A DNA stretch of 52,802 bases from an uncultured Marinoscillum sp. (GCA_964646945.1 CAZYIL010000001.1:6988-59789); one strand, 5' to 3'; counted from the first letter of the stretch, positions 18,497 through 28,816 are shown. Numbers and translations are program-made. Notes: generated from the letters alone by a model not told the origin.

Positions 18497-20739
18497 TTTT
18501 TGTTTTTAAACTTGTCAAAATTTGTTTTTATTACTAAACGAGGAAAATTGTTGTCGGACAGATCTGTGTCTGCTGTTTCAAGATAAGGATCAAGTTTGAT
18601 ATTAATCACCTTTTTATCTTTAACAAAAACCTTGACGATTTCATTTTCATTTGATCTCCATATTTCTGCAGGAATTCTTTCTACTTCTTTTGTTTTATCT
18701 TCATATGTCCACTCAATAATTAAGGGGGAGACTAAGCCACCAGCATTTTTAAAAGTTACTTCATAAAAATTTTTATCTTTATTTTCTTCTTTAATTTTTT
18801 GATCATTTAATGTGTTTTTAAACTCACGAAACGGTGAAGATGTTGTGTTTTTAAAATTAAAATACAAAGGATTATCTGTAAAAGTATAAGGAACTCTATC
18901 AACAGCAGGCCTTCTTTCTTCTTTTTCAATTTCTAAATCATCAAATTTTTTTTTGTTTTCGAAACTTTCAGGAGGTCTTCTCATTTTAAACCACCTTACG
19001 TTTTCTACAGCGATATCTACATGATCCGTAGTATAGAACCAACCTTTCCAAAACCAATCTAAATCTATAGAAGAAGCATCTTCCATGGTTCTAAAAAAAT
19101 CTGCAGGGTCTGGGTGTTTGAAAGCCCATCTTTTTGCATATTCTTTAAAAGCGTAATCAAACAATTCTGGCCCCATTATTGTTTCTCTCAATATACTAAG
19201 AGCAGCAGCAGGCTTAGCATAAGCATTAGCTCCGAATTGTAAAATTTGTTCGGAATTTGTCATAATTGGCCTTATCCCTTCTTTATCTCCCTTCATATAA
19301 TCTACTATACTTTGTGCTGTACCCCTTCTAAGCGGACCATTGCTGTAATATTCTCTTTGAGTTAAGGACTGAACAAAAGTATTCAGTCCTTCATCCATCC
19401 ACGTCCATTGCCGTTCATCAGAATTTATTATCATAGGAAAAAAATTATGTCCAACCTCATGAATTATTACAGAAATCATACGCCACTTTATAGCTTGACT
19501 ATACTTACCGTCTTTATTAGGCCTTCCAAAATTAAAACAAATCATTGGATACTCCATTCCTATACTTGCAGCGTGTACAGAAATAGCAACCGGATAAGGA
19601 TAATTTATTGTATGTTTTGAATAGGTTTTTAAAGTGTTAGCTACAGCTATTGTTGATTCTTGTTCCCACAGAGGATTCCCTTCCTTTGAGTAATAAGACA
19701 TAGATAAAGGCTTATTTTCCCCTATATCTATAGCAATTGCGTCCCAAATATATTTCCTTGAAGCAGCAAACGCAACATCTCTTACGTTTTTTGATTTATA
19801 TACCCATGTTTTAGTTTTTTTTCTTTCCGGATTTTTTTCTTTTTTTATTGCATCAGACTCAGAAACAATAATAATAGGCTTATTAAACGTTTTTTTTGCT
19901 AAAATGAATTTTTCTATTTCTGATGTATTTAAAACAACTTCAGCATTTTGTAAACTTCCTGTTGCAGCAACCACAAAATCAGACGGGACAGTGATTTCCA
20001 AACTATAGTCACCAAACGTTAAAGTAAATTCACCTCTACCTAGAAATTGCTTGTTTTGCCAGCCTTCTTTATCATCATACACAACCATTCTAGGATAAAA
20101 TTGAGCAATAGTATAGCTATAGTTTTTGTCTTCAGGGAAATACTCATAACCAGACCTTCCTCCAACACTCATTCTATCATTGATATTGTAAGACCAATCA
20201 AGATTAAAAATAAAAGAATCGCCGCTTTTCAATTCTGAATTTAAATCTATTCTCATCATGGTTTTTATTATACTATACTCTAACGGCTTATTATTTTCAT
20301 CTAAAACGGAATTTATTTTAAAACCACCTCTAAATTCACCTCCCTCTGCGTTGGTGTATTTATTAGTTATAGATTGGAGTTTTTGACTATTTAAACCATA
20401 AGCCATTTTATTAGTGGTTATTAAGGCTGTTTCAGAGTTTTTATCTCTAACATTTTGGTCTAACTGAAGCCATAAATAAGATAAGTTATCAGGGGAATTA
20501 TTATGATAAGTTATTTTTTCAGATCCTCTTATACTTTGTTGTTTGTCATCAAGAAAAATCTTAATATCATAATCAGCTTTTTGTTGCCAATAGTCTTTTC
20601 CTGGGGCTCCTGAAGCGGTTCTATATGTGTTGGGTGTAGGCAGCGTTGTACCAAGTTGTTCAAATTTTTTCTCCCATTTTCCTTGGCCATAAACATTAAA
20701 ACAAACAAACAACAATATTATTAATATAAGTTTTTTCAT
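18493..20739 (-). CDS. M1-family zinc aminopeptidase, secreted
   Basis: HEVGHNFF (19447..19461) followed by WMDEGLN (HExxH-18-E). Signal peptide MKKLILIILLFVCFNVYG. The start is set at the ATG at 20739. Confidence 0.85.
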   Translation of the reverse strand: MKKLILIILLFVCFNVYGQGKWEKKFEQLGTTLPTPNTYRTASGAPGKDYWQQKADYDIKIFLDDKQQSIRGSEKITYHNNSPDNLSYLWLQLDQNVRDKNSETALITTNKMAYGLNSQKLQSITNKYTNAEGGEFRGGFKINSVLDENNKPLEYSIIKTMMRIDLNSELKSGDSFIFNLDWSYNINDRMSVGGRSGYEYFPEDKNYSYTIAQFYPRMVVYDDKEGWQNKQFLGRGEFTLTFGDYSLEITVPSDFVVAATGSLQNAEVVLNTSEIEKFILAKKTFNKPIIIVSESDAIKKEKNPERKKTKTWVYKSKNVRDVAFAASRKYIWDAIAIDIGENKPLSMSYYSKEGNPLWEQESTIAVANTLKTYSKHTINYPYPVAISVHAASIGMEYPMICFNFGRPNKDGKYSQAIKWRMISVIIHEVGHNFFPMIINSDERQWTWMDEGLNTFVQSLTQREYYSNGPLRRGTAQSIVDYMKGDKEGIRPIMTNSEQILQFGANAYAKPAAALSILRETIMGPELFDYAFKEYAKRWAFKHPDPADFFRTMEDASSIDLDWFWKGWFYTTDHVDIAVENVRWFKMRRPPESFENKKKFDDLEIEKEERRPAVDRVPYTFTDNPLYFNFKNTTSSPFREFKNTLNDQKIKEENKDKNFYEVTFKNAGGLVSPLIIEWTYEDKTKEVERIPAEIWRSNENEIVKVFVKDKKVINIKLDPYLETADTDLSDNNFPRLVIKTNFDKFKNKN

Positions 20740-20750
20740 ATAATCATATT

Positions 20751-21332
20751 TTACCAAAATTTAGCATTGTATAATAAAAGCAAAGATATGCCTAAAATCA
20801 AAGAAGAAACAAACATTATCCAATCACTTTGTTTAGGAAAAATTAAACCAGATAGCCAATGGTTACAAAAAACAAAGACACTTATGATTAGTATTTGTCC
20901 AATTTCTAAACCAACGTTAAAACTAAATAACGGCAATAAAATAGAGCCTTCATTAAGGAGTGCTTTTAAATAATTAGAAAAGCCTAATCCATGGATTAAC
21001 CCAAAGCTTAAAGCCAACCAATAATTTCTATTCAGTACTTTTGCGTTAGAAGAAGAATTTCTTATAGAAATATTTGCAACACACGTAAACACTATAGTTA
21101 AAGGGATAGCAAATTCAATAATTTTTTGATTATAAGTTATTAACTCTAAAGTCGATAAAACAAGAGTTAATGAATGTCCTACAGTAAAAGCGGTTACCAA
21201 TAAAATTAACTTTTTAAGCATTCTAAGATCATAGATTATTGATAAAGCCAACACAAATAAAATATGATCTAAAGCCTCTTTATTTACTATATGTTCATAG
21301 CCAATTAAAAACCAAGTCTTGAATTCTTCCAT
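20751..21332 (-). CDS. HupE/UreJ-family membrane protein (putative Ni/Co/metal permease)
   Basis: Multi-TM protein with LDHILFVLALS and a TVGHSLT His motif characteristic of HupE/UreJ. The internal ATG at 21332 is preferred over the TTG at 21353. Confidence 0.65.
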   Translation of the reverse strand: MEEFKTWFLIGYEHIVNKEALDHILFVLALSIIYDLRMLKKLILLVTAFTVGHSLTLVLSTLELITYNQKIIEFAIPLTIVFTCVANISIRNSSSNAKVLNRNYWLALSFGLIHGLGFSNYLKALLNEGSILLPLFSFNVGLEIGQILIISVFVFCNHWLSGLIFPKQSDWIMFVSSLILGISLLLLYNAKFW

Positions 21333-21387
21333 ATAATAGAATAATTTTAACAAGAATAATGAAATTTTAAATTATATAAAAACATAG

Positions 21388-21855
21388 ATGTTAAGTTATA
21401 TTCTTTTTTTTTCTCTTCACCCGCTTTATGTTAGTGTAACAGACTTAGTTTTTGATAGAGACGAACAATCTATTCAAATTACGAAAAAAATATTTTTTGA
21501 TGATTTAGAACTTGCGCTTAGAACGGAAAACAAAAATCAAACATTTGATATTCTTCAATCAAACCAAGATCTTATAAACTCTTATATTGAAACATATCTA
21601 AAAAAAAATATGTTCATTAAAGTAAATAACAAAGATGTTAAAATTAACTACCTAGGGCACGAGTATACCAACGGATTAATTCACTGTTATCTTGAAATTC
21701 TAAACATTAGCAACCTAGTTTCTGTTGAAATAAAAGACATAACATTATTTAATTATTTTGATGGACAAGAAAATTTAATTTACTTTGATATAAAGGATGA
21801 ACGTTTTACAATAAGACTAAAAAACACCATCCCATCTAAAAAAATTATATTATAA
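21388..21855 (+). CDS. DUF6702-like small secreted protein
   Basis: HPLYVSVTDLVFDRDEQSIQITKKIFFDDLE resembles the HKFYVS.T...L.I..K.F.DDLE opening block I recall for this Bacteroidota family. This is memory-based and not searched. Confidence 0.5.
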   Translation: MLSYILFFSLHPLYVSVTDLVFDRDEQSIQITKKIFFDDLELALRTENKNQTFDILQSNQDLINSYIETYLKKNMFIKVNNKDVKINYLGHEYTNGLIHCYLEILNISNLVSVEIKDITLFNYFDGQENLIYFDIKDERFTIRLKNTIPSKKIIL

Positions 21856-21873
21856 ACACCAAAAACCCCTTGT

Positions 21874-24318
21874 ATGAAAAATCTATTTATTTTAACCCTA
21901 ACCCTAACCCTAACCCTAACCCTAACCCTTTTTAGTTTACCTGCTTTATCTCAACTCCCTTCTTTAGAAGCATTTACAAATGACCTAGAAAAGACAGAAG
22001 GGTTTTTAAATTATTATTGGGATGAATATAAAGGAAAGGTATACTTAGAAGTCAATAATATAAATAAAGAATTTATTTACGTCAACTATTTATCCGCGGG
22101 AATAGGATCAAACGACATAGGATTAGATCGTGGTCAGATTGGAGGAACTAAAATTATAAAATTTATGAAGATGGGACCAAAAATTTTAATGATTCAGCCT
22201 AATTATAAGTTTAGGGCTATATCGAATAATGAAGAAGAAATAAAATCTGTAAAAGACGCGTTTGCTCAATCGGTTATAAAAGGGTTTGAGATTAAAGCCC
22301 AATCTCGGAATAACTTTATTATTGAAATAACCGATTTTCTTACCAGAGATTCACACGGAATTTCTTCAAGGCTTTCCAGACAAAAACAAGGGTCTTTTAA
22401 AATAGACAAGTCCAGTTCTTCTATTGACAAGATCAATTCAAAAAACTTTCCACTTAATACCGAACTCGAATCATTATTGACTTTTCAAGGTGAGGCTAAT
22501 GGAAGGTGGCTTAATTCAGTAATACCTAACCCAAAAACCTTTTCAGTTAGGACAAGACATTCATTTATTGCATTGCCAGACGACGGCTATACACCAAGAA
22601 ATTTCGATCCAAGATCTGGCTATGGAGCAATGACATTTTATGATTACGCAAGTCCTATTGAAGATAATTTAGAAAAAAAATATATCCGTAGACATAGACT
22701 GCAAAAGAAATATCCCAATCAAGAAGTTAGTGAACCAGTAAAACCAATAATTTATTATTTAGACAGAGGTGTTCCAGAACCGGTTAGGTCAGCTTTGATT
22801 GAGGGGGCTTCTTGGTGGAATGAAGCATTTGATGAAGCAGGATTCAAAAATGCATTTCAAATAAAAGTTTTACCAAAAGGAGCTGACATGTTGGATGTAA
22901 GATATAATGTTATCCAGTGGGTTCATAGATCAACAAGAGGCTGGTCATACGGGTCGTCTGTAGTAGATCCTAGGACAGGAGAAATTATTAAAGGACACGT
23001 TTCTCTTGGTTCTTTGAGGGTCAGGCAAGACTATTTAATAGCTGAAGGATTACTTCGGCCTTATAGCTTATCTCAAGAAAAAGATTTAATGAAAGAAATG
23101 GCCATAAAACGACTAAAGCAACTTTCTGCTCATGAAGTTGGCCATACTTTAGGCCTATCTCACAACTATATTTCTAGTGCTAGAAATAGAAAATCAGTAA
23201 TGGACTACCCTCACCCACTAATTAAGATAGAAAACAGAAAAATTGATTTGTCTGATTCATATGATCATGGCATTGGGTCTTGGGATAAACTTGCAATTAA
23301 TTGGGGCTATCGAGAATTTGAATCTGATGAAAAAAAATCATTAAATAAAATAATTTTAGACGGATACACTAAAGACATATACTTCATTACAGACCAAGAT
23401 TCAAGACCAGCTAGCAGCGCTCATCCTAGAGCTCACTTATGGGATAATGGTTTTGATGCAGCTGAAGAATTAACTAGGATTTTAAATATAAGGAGATATA
23501 TTTTAGATAATTTTTTAGACAATGCAATTAAACAAGGTGAACCAATGTCTAGTATTGAAGAAGCGCTTGTGCCTATGTATTTGTTGCATAGATATCAAAT
23601 TGAAGCAGCATCCAAAGTAGTTGGGGGCCTAGAATACAATTATGCTCTTAAAGGCGATGGTCAGTTGGTTACTAAACTGATTCCAATCAAACAACAAGAA
23701 AAAGCATTAAAATCACTATTAAATTCTATAAATTCTAAAAACCTATCTCTTTCTGAATCTTTAATTAAGCTAATTCCTCCTAGAGCATTCGGATATCCAA
23801 GAACTAGAGAAACATTTAAATCTAGAAGTGGACTAACGTTTGATTATCTGTCTGCAGCAGAAACAGCAACTCAATTAACTCTAAGAATGATTTTGAACCC
23901 AGAGAGAGCCTCAAGGCTTGTTATGTTAAAAGCGAGAGACAACAAACAACCAGGGCTATCATATGTTTTAAAGGAGTTAGTTAGAAACACCATTTTAGAA
24001 CAAAAACAACCTGAGAATTCTATGGAAAAAGAAATTAAAAAAATGGTTAATTATTCAGTGTTGAATCATCTTTTTAAATTGGCTAAAAATAAAAAATCAC
24101 ACGAAGAAGTTAACGCCATAACATTTTCTATACTTGAAAATTTGCTTCAACAAATAAAAAACAAAGATTCAAGACATTATGCTTATCTTTCCATGAAGAT
24201 TCGAAATTTTTTGGATGGAGATGTTCAAATGCTGATTCCAAATCAAATTACTTCACCTGACGGATCTCCAATTGGTATGCAGCAAGATGATTTTTTTGAG
24301 TGCGGAAGTGAATTATAG
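21874..24318 (+). CDS. Secreted zinc metalloprotease (met-zincin, DUF5117/DUF4953-type)
   Basis: HEVGHTLGLSHNY at 23131..23169 (HExxHxxGxxH) and a downstream MDYP Met-turn-like segment. The N-terminal signal peptide contains the (LT)6 repeat. Confidence 0.8.
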   Translation: MKNLFILTLTLTLTLTLTLFSLPALSQLPSLEAFTNDLEKTEGFLNYYWDEYKGKVYLEVNNINKEFIYVNYLSAGIGSNDIGLDRGQIGGTKIIKFMKMGPKILMIQPNYKFRAISNNEEEIKSVKDAFAQSVIKGFEIKAQSRNNFIIEITDFLTRDSHGISSRLSRQKQGSFKIDKSSSSIDKINSKNFPLNTELESLLTFQGEANGRWLNSVIPNPKTFSVRTRHSFIALPDDGYTPRNFDPRSGYGAMTFYDYASPIEDNLEKKYIRRHRLQKKYPNQEVSEPVKPIIYYLDRGVPEPVRSALIEGASWWNEAFDEAGFKNAFQIKVLPKGADMLDVRYNVIQWVHRSTRGWSYGSSVVDPRTGEIIKGHVSLGSLRVRQDYLIAEGLLRPYSLSQEKDLMKEMAIKRLKQLSAHEVGHTLGLSHNYISSARNRKSVMDYPHPLIKIENRKIDLSDSYDHGIGSWDKLAINWGYREFESDEKKSLNKIILDGYTKDIYFITDQDSRPASSAHPRAHLWDNGFDAAEELTRILNIRRYILDNFLDNAIKQGEPMSSIEEALVPMYLLHRYQIEAASKVVGGLEYNYALKGDGQLVTKLIPIKQQEKALKSLLNSINSKNLSLSESLIKLIPPRAFGYPRTRETFKSRSGLTFDYLSAAETATQLTLRMILNPERASRLVMLKARDNKQPGLSYVLKELVRNTILEQKQPENSMEKEIKKMVNYSVLNHLFKLAKNKKSHEEVNAITFSILENLLQQIKNKDSRHYAYLSMKIRNFLDGDVQMLIPNQITSPDGSPIGMQQDDFFECGSEL
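21893..21928 (+). repeat. Perfect hexanucleotide microsatellite (TAACCC)x6, i.e. (GGGTTA)6 on the minus strand
   Basis: Read directly: ttaaccctaaccctaaccctaaccctaaccctaaccc. It encodes LTLTLTLTLTLT in the signal-peptide h-region. Confidence 0.98.
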
Positions 24319-24720
24319 TTTTTTGTCATGGAGAGCCATGCCTGTTCCGTCTATAATGATTTTTCCAGACTTTTTGTCAATAATTTGGGTTTTAAAAAAA
24401 CCAAGATGTTTTTTTTTTAAAACTTTTATTAGTTCGATGTAAACAATATATTTTGTTTCAGGAAAAACTGGTTTTTTAAAACTATAATTTTGACTAACAT
24501 GTATAGTTCCTTCTCCAGGAAATTTTGTTCCCATTATTTTAGCCATAGCCGTTACTGTAAACAAGCCATGAACAATTGGTTTTTTAAATCGCGTTTTCGA
24601 AGCGTAAAAAGCATCTATATGTAAAGGATTTTTATCTCCAGTCAGCTCTGCAAATTGATTAACTTGATTTTGAGATATAGTAAACTCTTCTTTTATATAA
24701 TCTCCTATTTTTAATTTCAT
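24313..24720 (-). CDS. MaoC-like (R)-specific enoyl-CoA hydratase / hot-dog fold dehydratase
   Basis: FAELTGDKNPLHID and IVHGLF motifs of the MaoC dehydratase domain. Confidence 0.8.
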   Translation of the reverse strand: MKLKIGDYIKEEFTISQNQVNQFAELTGDKNPLHIDAFYASKTRFKKPIVHGLFTVTAMAKIMGTKFPGEGTIHVSQNYSFKKPVFPETKYIVYIELIKVLKKKHLGFFKTQIIDKKSGKIIIDGTGMALHDKKL

Positions 24721-24721
24721 T

Positions 24722-25957
24722 TTATTTATTGTTCAACTGTGTTAAACTAATGTTCTTTATTGCAATTTGAGAAGGCTTAATCGAAGCTAGTATTGTAATA
24801 ATAAACACCAATGTTATTACCATAATTATATCAGTCGTATAAACTTCGACAGGATAATATTCTATTATTGCCGTGTCCATTCCTAACGGAACTAAACCAA
24901 ATCTATCTTGTACAAAACAAATTAACATACCAAGCACGGCGCCAATCGATACACCTAAAAAAGAAATTATAAACCCTTCATAAAGGAAAATTTTTTTAAT
25001 TAAATTTTCATTAATTCCTAAAGAGTTTAGAATAGCTAAATCTTTTTTCTTATCTAAAGCTAACATGCTTAAGACAAAAAAGATATTGAAGGAAGATATA
25101 ATCAAGATAAAACCAAAAATAATAAAAACAATTAGTTTTTCAGTTTTTAGGATTTTATATAAATCAGCATGTTGTTCTTCTATAGTTAAAACAGAGTATT
25201 GGTTACCGATAGTGTTTTGAATTTCTTGTTCTATTTCTTCGATTTTTTCTGTTTCATCTATTTTTAATTCTATAGCTGTTATTTGCGTTTTTTTATCAAA
25301 CAGTTTTTTGGCGAAATTCAGTGAAGAAATTATATAGTTGTTATCTAATTGTTGTTCTATAGCAAAAACCCCTGAGGCTCTAACCTGTAGTTGGTTGAAA
25401 GGATTTTTTTGTATTTTTCCTGGGAGAAAGGAAAAATTTGGTGAAATAGAATAGAGGGTTATGTTATTAAAATTATCTTTAATGTTGAGGGATATTTTAT
25501 ATTTAACACCTCTTCCTATAACTACATATTCCATCTCTTTTTTTGAAAGAATAAAAGAACCTTCTACTATATTTTTTTCTAATCTGTTCTCTCTATGAAA
25601 AGAAGAATCTACACCTTTTAGATAAATTGGGATTTCCGAATTGTTATAACTTACTAGAGCTCTATCTTCTATTACTTTACTTAAAACATTAATTCCGTCT
25701 ATGTTATTTATTTTATCAGTTAACACATCAGAATCATCAAAATATTTTGAATGATTTGAAACTATTTTTATTTCAGGGTCAAAATTTCCATATAAAGACT
25801 TCAACAAAGTTTCTAATCCATTAAAGACCGATAAAACTATTATTAAAGCAGACGTTCCTATCACAACACCCAAAAACGCCGTTATGCTTAAAAGATTTAT
25901 AAAAGTTTTTTTTTTTGACAGAAAATATCGCTTGGCTATAAACAGAGACAGGTTCAT
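24722..25957 (-). CDS. FtsX/LolE-like ABC transporter permease
   Basis: N-terminal TM, large periplasmic MacB-like loop and a C-terminal three-TM FtsX domain (...LALDKKKDLAILNSLG...). Confidence 0.8.
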   Translation of the reverse strand: MNLSLFIAKRYFLSKKKTFINLLSITAFLGVVIGTSALIIVLSVFNGLETLLKSLYGNFDPEIKIVSNHSKYFDDSDVLTDKINNIDGINVLSKVIEDRALVSYNNSEIPIYLKGVDSSFHRENRLEKNIVEGSFILSKKEMEYVVIGRGVKYKISLNIKDNFNNITLYSISPNFSFLPGKIQKNPFNQLQVRASGVFAIEQQLDNNYIISSLNFAKKLFDKKTQITAIELKIDETEKIEEIEQEIQNTIGNQYSVLTIEEQHADLYKILKTEKLIVFIIFGFILIISSFNIFFVLSMLALDKKKDLAILNSLGINENLIKKIFLYEGFIISFLGVSIGAVLGMLICFVQDRFGLVPLGMDTAIIEYYPVEVYTTDIIMVITLVFIITILASIKPSQIAIKNISLTQLNNK

Positions 25958-26319
25958 TTTTTCTTAACCTTTGGGATTTTTAATTCATCAATGATTTGTT
26001 CTAATCTAGAAGCTTTTTGTTCGGTGTAGTCTAAAATTAATTCGATTTCAGGAATTTTTCTTACTTGATGACGTATTTTATTACCTAAAAAGCCTCTAAT
26101 TTTTGTTTTGTTTTTTTCAATAATTTTAAAATTTTCATCTTGCGTTTTTTCTTTCAAAAAACTCAAATAAACTTTAGCTAAACTCATATTAGACGAAACT
26201 TTTACACCCATAATGGTTACAAAATTATTTTTAATCAAATTTTTACCTTCAATTATTAAATATTGATTTAAAACGTTATGGATTAAACTTTCATACTTTT
26301 CCAATCTTTTTGTTTGCAT
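25954..26319 (-). CDS. rbfA: Ribosome-binding factor A
   Basis: 121 aa. The RLEKYESLIHNVLNQ...VTIMGVKVSSNMSLAKVYLS pattern matches RbfA. 4-nt overlap with the downstream permease gene. Confidence 0.8.
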   Translation of the reverse strand: MQTKRLEKYESLIHNVLNQYLIIEGKNLIKNNFVTIMGVKVSSNMSLAKVYLSFLKEKTQDENFKIIEKNKTKIRGFLGNKIRHQVRKIPEIELILDYTEQKASRLEQIIDELKIPKVKKK

Positions 26320-26328
26320 AACAACCCA

Positions 26329-26757
26329 TCAACAATTTATTTTCAGAACCCTATTTAAATGTCTTCCTCCTTCAAACTCATTATCTAAATATTTGTTTAA
26401 CATAATTATTATTGAATTAAATGAAACAAATCTTGCAGGGAAGCAAATAATGTTGGCATTATTATGAGTTTTTGCTAAAGACGCTATTTTATCATCCCAA
26501 CATACCGCCGCTCTTACGTTCTTATGCTTATTAGCTGCCATAGCAACACCGTTAGCGCTTCCACACACTAAAACCCCAAAGTCAACCTTTTTTTCTTTTA
26601 CAGCTGTTGCTACTAAATGTGAGAATTCAGGATAATCACAAGACTGATTATTGTTTGGACCATAGTCAATAACATCAAAATTTTTCTTTTTTAAATAGTG
26701 TATTATTTTTTGCTTATATTCAAACCCAGCATGATCACCACCTAATGCAATTTTCAT
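26329..26757 (-). CDS. rpiB: Ribose-5-phosphate isomerase B
   Basis: IALGGDHAGFEYK and GVLVCGSANGVAMAANK motifs of the RpiB/LacAB family. Confidence 0.9.
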   Translation of the reverse strand: MKIALGGDHAGFEYKQKIIHYLKKKNFDVIDYGPNNNQSCDYPEFSHLVATAVKEKKVDFGVLVCGSANGVAMAANKHKNVRAAVCWDDKIASLAKTHNNANIICFPARFVSFNSIIIMLNKYLDNEFEGGRHLNRVLKINC

Positions 26758-27548
26758 TTTTCTACATTTTTTATCCTACCAGAAATGTATATACTTATTT
26801 GATATAAACCAATTAAAGGAATAGCTAAAATAATTTGACTAAAGGGATCAGGGGGGGTTAGCATTGCTCCAAAAATTAATATTATGACGATTGCATGTTT
26901 TCTGTATTTTCTTAAGATCGTTTGATTTATAACACCTGATTTAGTTAAAAAATAAATAACTACGGGTAATTGAAATAATAGGCCAGACGCTAGTACTAAA
27001 GTAGAAACCGTTGAAACATATGATATAATATCAAACTCATTTAATATGGAGGGGTCTATTTGATAATTTGCTAAGAAATTTATGGATATTGGAGTAAGAA
27101 TAAAATAACCGAATAATATTCCTATAAAAAACAAAAAAGACACATAAAAAGTTGCCCCTCTTGCGACCTTTTTTTCATTAGGATATAATCCCGGAGTAAT
27201 AAACTTCCAAAACTCCCAAAAAGCATATGGAAAAGCACAAATTATTCCTATTACAAAAGAAGAAGAAATATGCATCATAAATTGTCCTGCCATTTGTCTG
27301 CTTTGTATTATAAAAGGAAGCTTTTCAATACAGAAAGCTTTTATGTTAATTAATTTTCCAATGTCACAAAATACAAGATATGTCCAAAAATCACTTTTTG
27401 AGGGGCCTAAAATTATTATTCCAAACACTACACTTTTAGAGAAAAAAGCAATCAGTGAAAAGAAAACTATTGCTAATAAAGAACGAATAATATGCCACCT
27501 CAACTCTTCTAAGTGATCTAAGAAAGACATTTCTTTTTCCTTTTTCAT
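26754..27548 (-). CDS. tatC: Twin-arginine translocase subunit TatC
   Basis: MSFLDHLEELRWHIIRS opening and six TM segments. The start is set at the ATG that overlaps the glyA stop (TAATG) rather than the upstream TTG. Confidence 0.9.
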   Translation of the reverse strand: MKKEKEMSFLDHLEELRWHIIRSLLAIVFFSLIAFFSKSVVFGIIILGPSKSDFWTYLVFCDIGKLINIKAFCIEKLPFIIQSRQMAGQFMMHISSSFVIGIICAFPYAFWEFWKFITPGLYPNEKKVARGATFYVSFLFFIGILFGYFILTPISINFLANYQIDPSILNEFDIISYVSTVSTLVLASGLLFQLPVVIYFLTKSGVINQTILRKYRKHAIVIILIFGAMLTPPDPFSQIILAIPLIGLYQISIYISGRIKNVEK

Positions 27549-28816
27549 TAGTGTAGTGGATAGTTTTTCATCCAAGAGTTTATTCTTTTTTTAACTTCAA
27601 CAATTTTTATTGTATTATTTCTGTTACTTAAAACAACATCAATAAATTCAGTAATTTTTTCCATATCTTTTTCTTTTAATCCACGAGTTGTAATAGCTGC
27701 CGTACCTAGTCTAATTCCAGAAGTGATAAAAGGAGATTCTTTATCAAAAGGCACCATGTTTTTATTAATGGTTATATCTGCTTCTCCTAATATGTTTTCT
27801 GCCGTTTTGCCGGATATGTTTTTATTACTTAGGTCAATCAGCATTAAATGATTATCGGTTCCATTTGAGATGACATTATAACCTTTGTTAATAAACGCTT
27901 GAGCCATCACGGTTGCGTTTTTTTTCACCTGAAAAATATACTTCATAAAATTTTCAGATAAAGCTTCTTTAAATGCGATGGCTTTAGCGGCGATAATATG
28001 TTCTAAAGGTCCTCCTTGTGTTCCTGGAAAAACTGCAGAGTCTATTACATTAGACAATCTTCTTATTTTACCTTTTCCTGTTTTTAAACCCAAAGGATTA
28101 TCATAATCATCTCTCATCATTATAATTCCACCCCTAGGCCCCCTCAAAGTTTTATGGGTAGTGGAAGTTATCACATGACAATATTTTAATGGATCTTTTA
28201 ATAGTCCACGAGCTATTAATCCAGCAGGATGTGCTATATCAGCTAAAACAAAAGCATCAACTAAATTAGCAACGTTCCTTATTCTTTTATAATCCCAATC
28301 TCTACTATAAGCGGAAGCTCCGCAGATAATTAATTTAGGCTTTTCTTTTACAGTTATTTTTTCTAATTGATCATAATTAATTAACCCACTCTTTTTTTCA
28401 ACACCATAGAAAAAAGGAGAATATAATTTTCCGGAAAAATTGACAGGAGAACCATGGGTTAAATGACCGCCATGAGCTAAATCAAAACCTAAAATTTTAT
28501 CCCCAGGCTTTAAAAGAGCTAACATTACTGCAGCGTTTGCTTGGGACCCTGAATGAGGTTGAACGTTTACCCAACTTGCTTCAAAAAGTTTTTTTAATCT
28601 TTCTCTAGCTATATTTTCAATTTCATCGACAATTTCACAGCCCCCATAATATCTTTTTCCTGGTAATCCTTCAGCATATTTATTAGTTAAAACACTACCA
28701 GAAGCCAACATTACATCAGATGAGGTAAAGTTTTCTGAAGCAATTAATTCGATTCCTAATGTTTGTCTCTGTTTTTCTTTTTCTATATATTCAAAAACTA
28801 AATTATCTTTTGTCAT
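27548..28816 (-). CDS. glyA: Serine hydroxymethyltransferase
   Basis: ELIASENF and [14 protein letters not shown] (PLP lysine). Confidence 0.97.
   Translation of the reverse strand: MTKDNLVFEYIEKEKQRQTLGIELIASENFTSSDVMLASGSVLTNKYAEGLPGKRYYGGCEIVDEIENIARERLKKLFEASWVNVQPHSGSQANAAVMLALLKPGDKILGFDLAHGGHLTHGSPVNFSGKLYSPFFYGVEKKSGLINYDQLEKITVKEKPKLIICGASAYSRDWDYKRIRNVANLVDAFVLADIAHPAGLIARGLLKDPLKYCHVITSTTHKTLRGPRGGIIMMRDDYDNPLGLKTGKGKIRRLSNVIDSAVFPGTQGGPLEHIIAAKAIAFKEALSENFMKYIFQVKKNATVMAQAFINKGYNVISNGTDNHLMLIDLSNKNISGKTAENILGEADITINKNMVPFDKESPFITSGIRLGTAAITTRGLKEKDMEKITEFIDVVLSNRNNTIKIVEVKKRINSWMKNYPLH

Noticed and set aside
21893-21928. Telomeric repeat as a sign of eukaryotic contamination or a chimeric contig.
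   Set aside because: The repeat is only 36 nt, sits in frame inside a continuous 814-codon ORF and supplies a sensible hydrophobic signal-peptide core. Both flanks have the same AT-rich bacterial composition. Read-level confirmation is still advisable.
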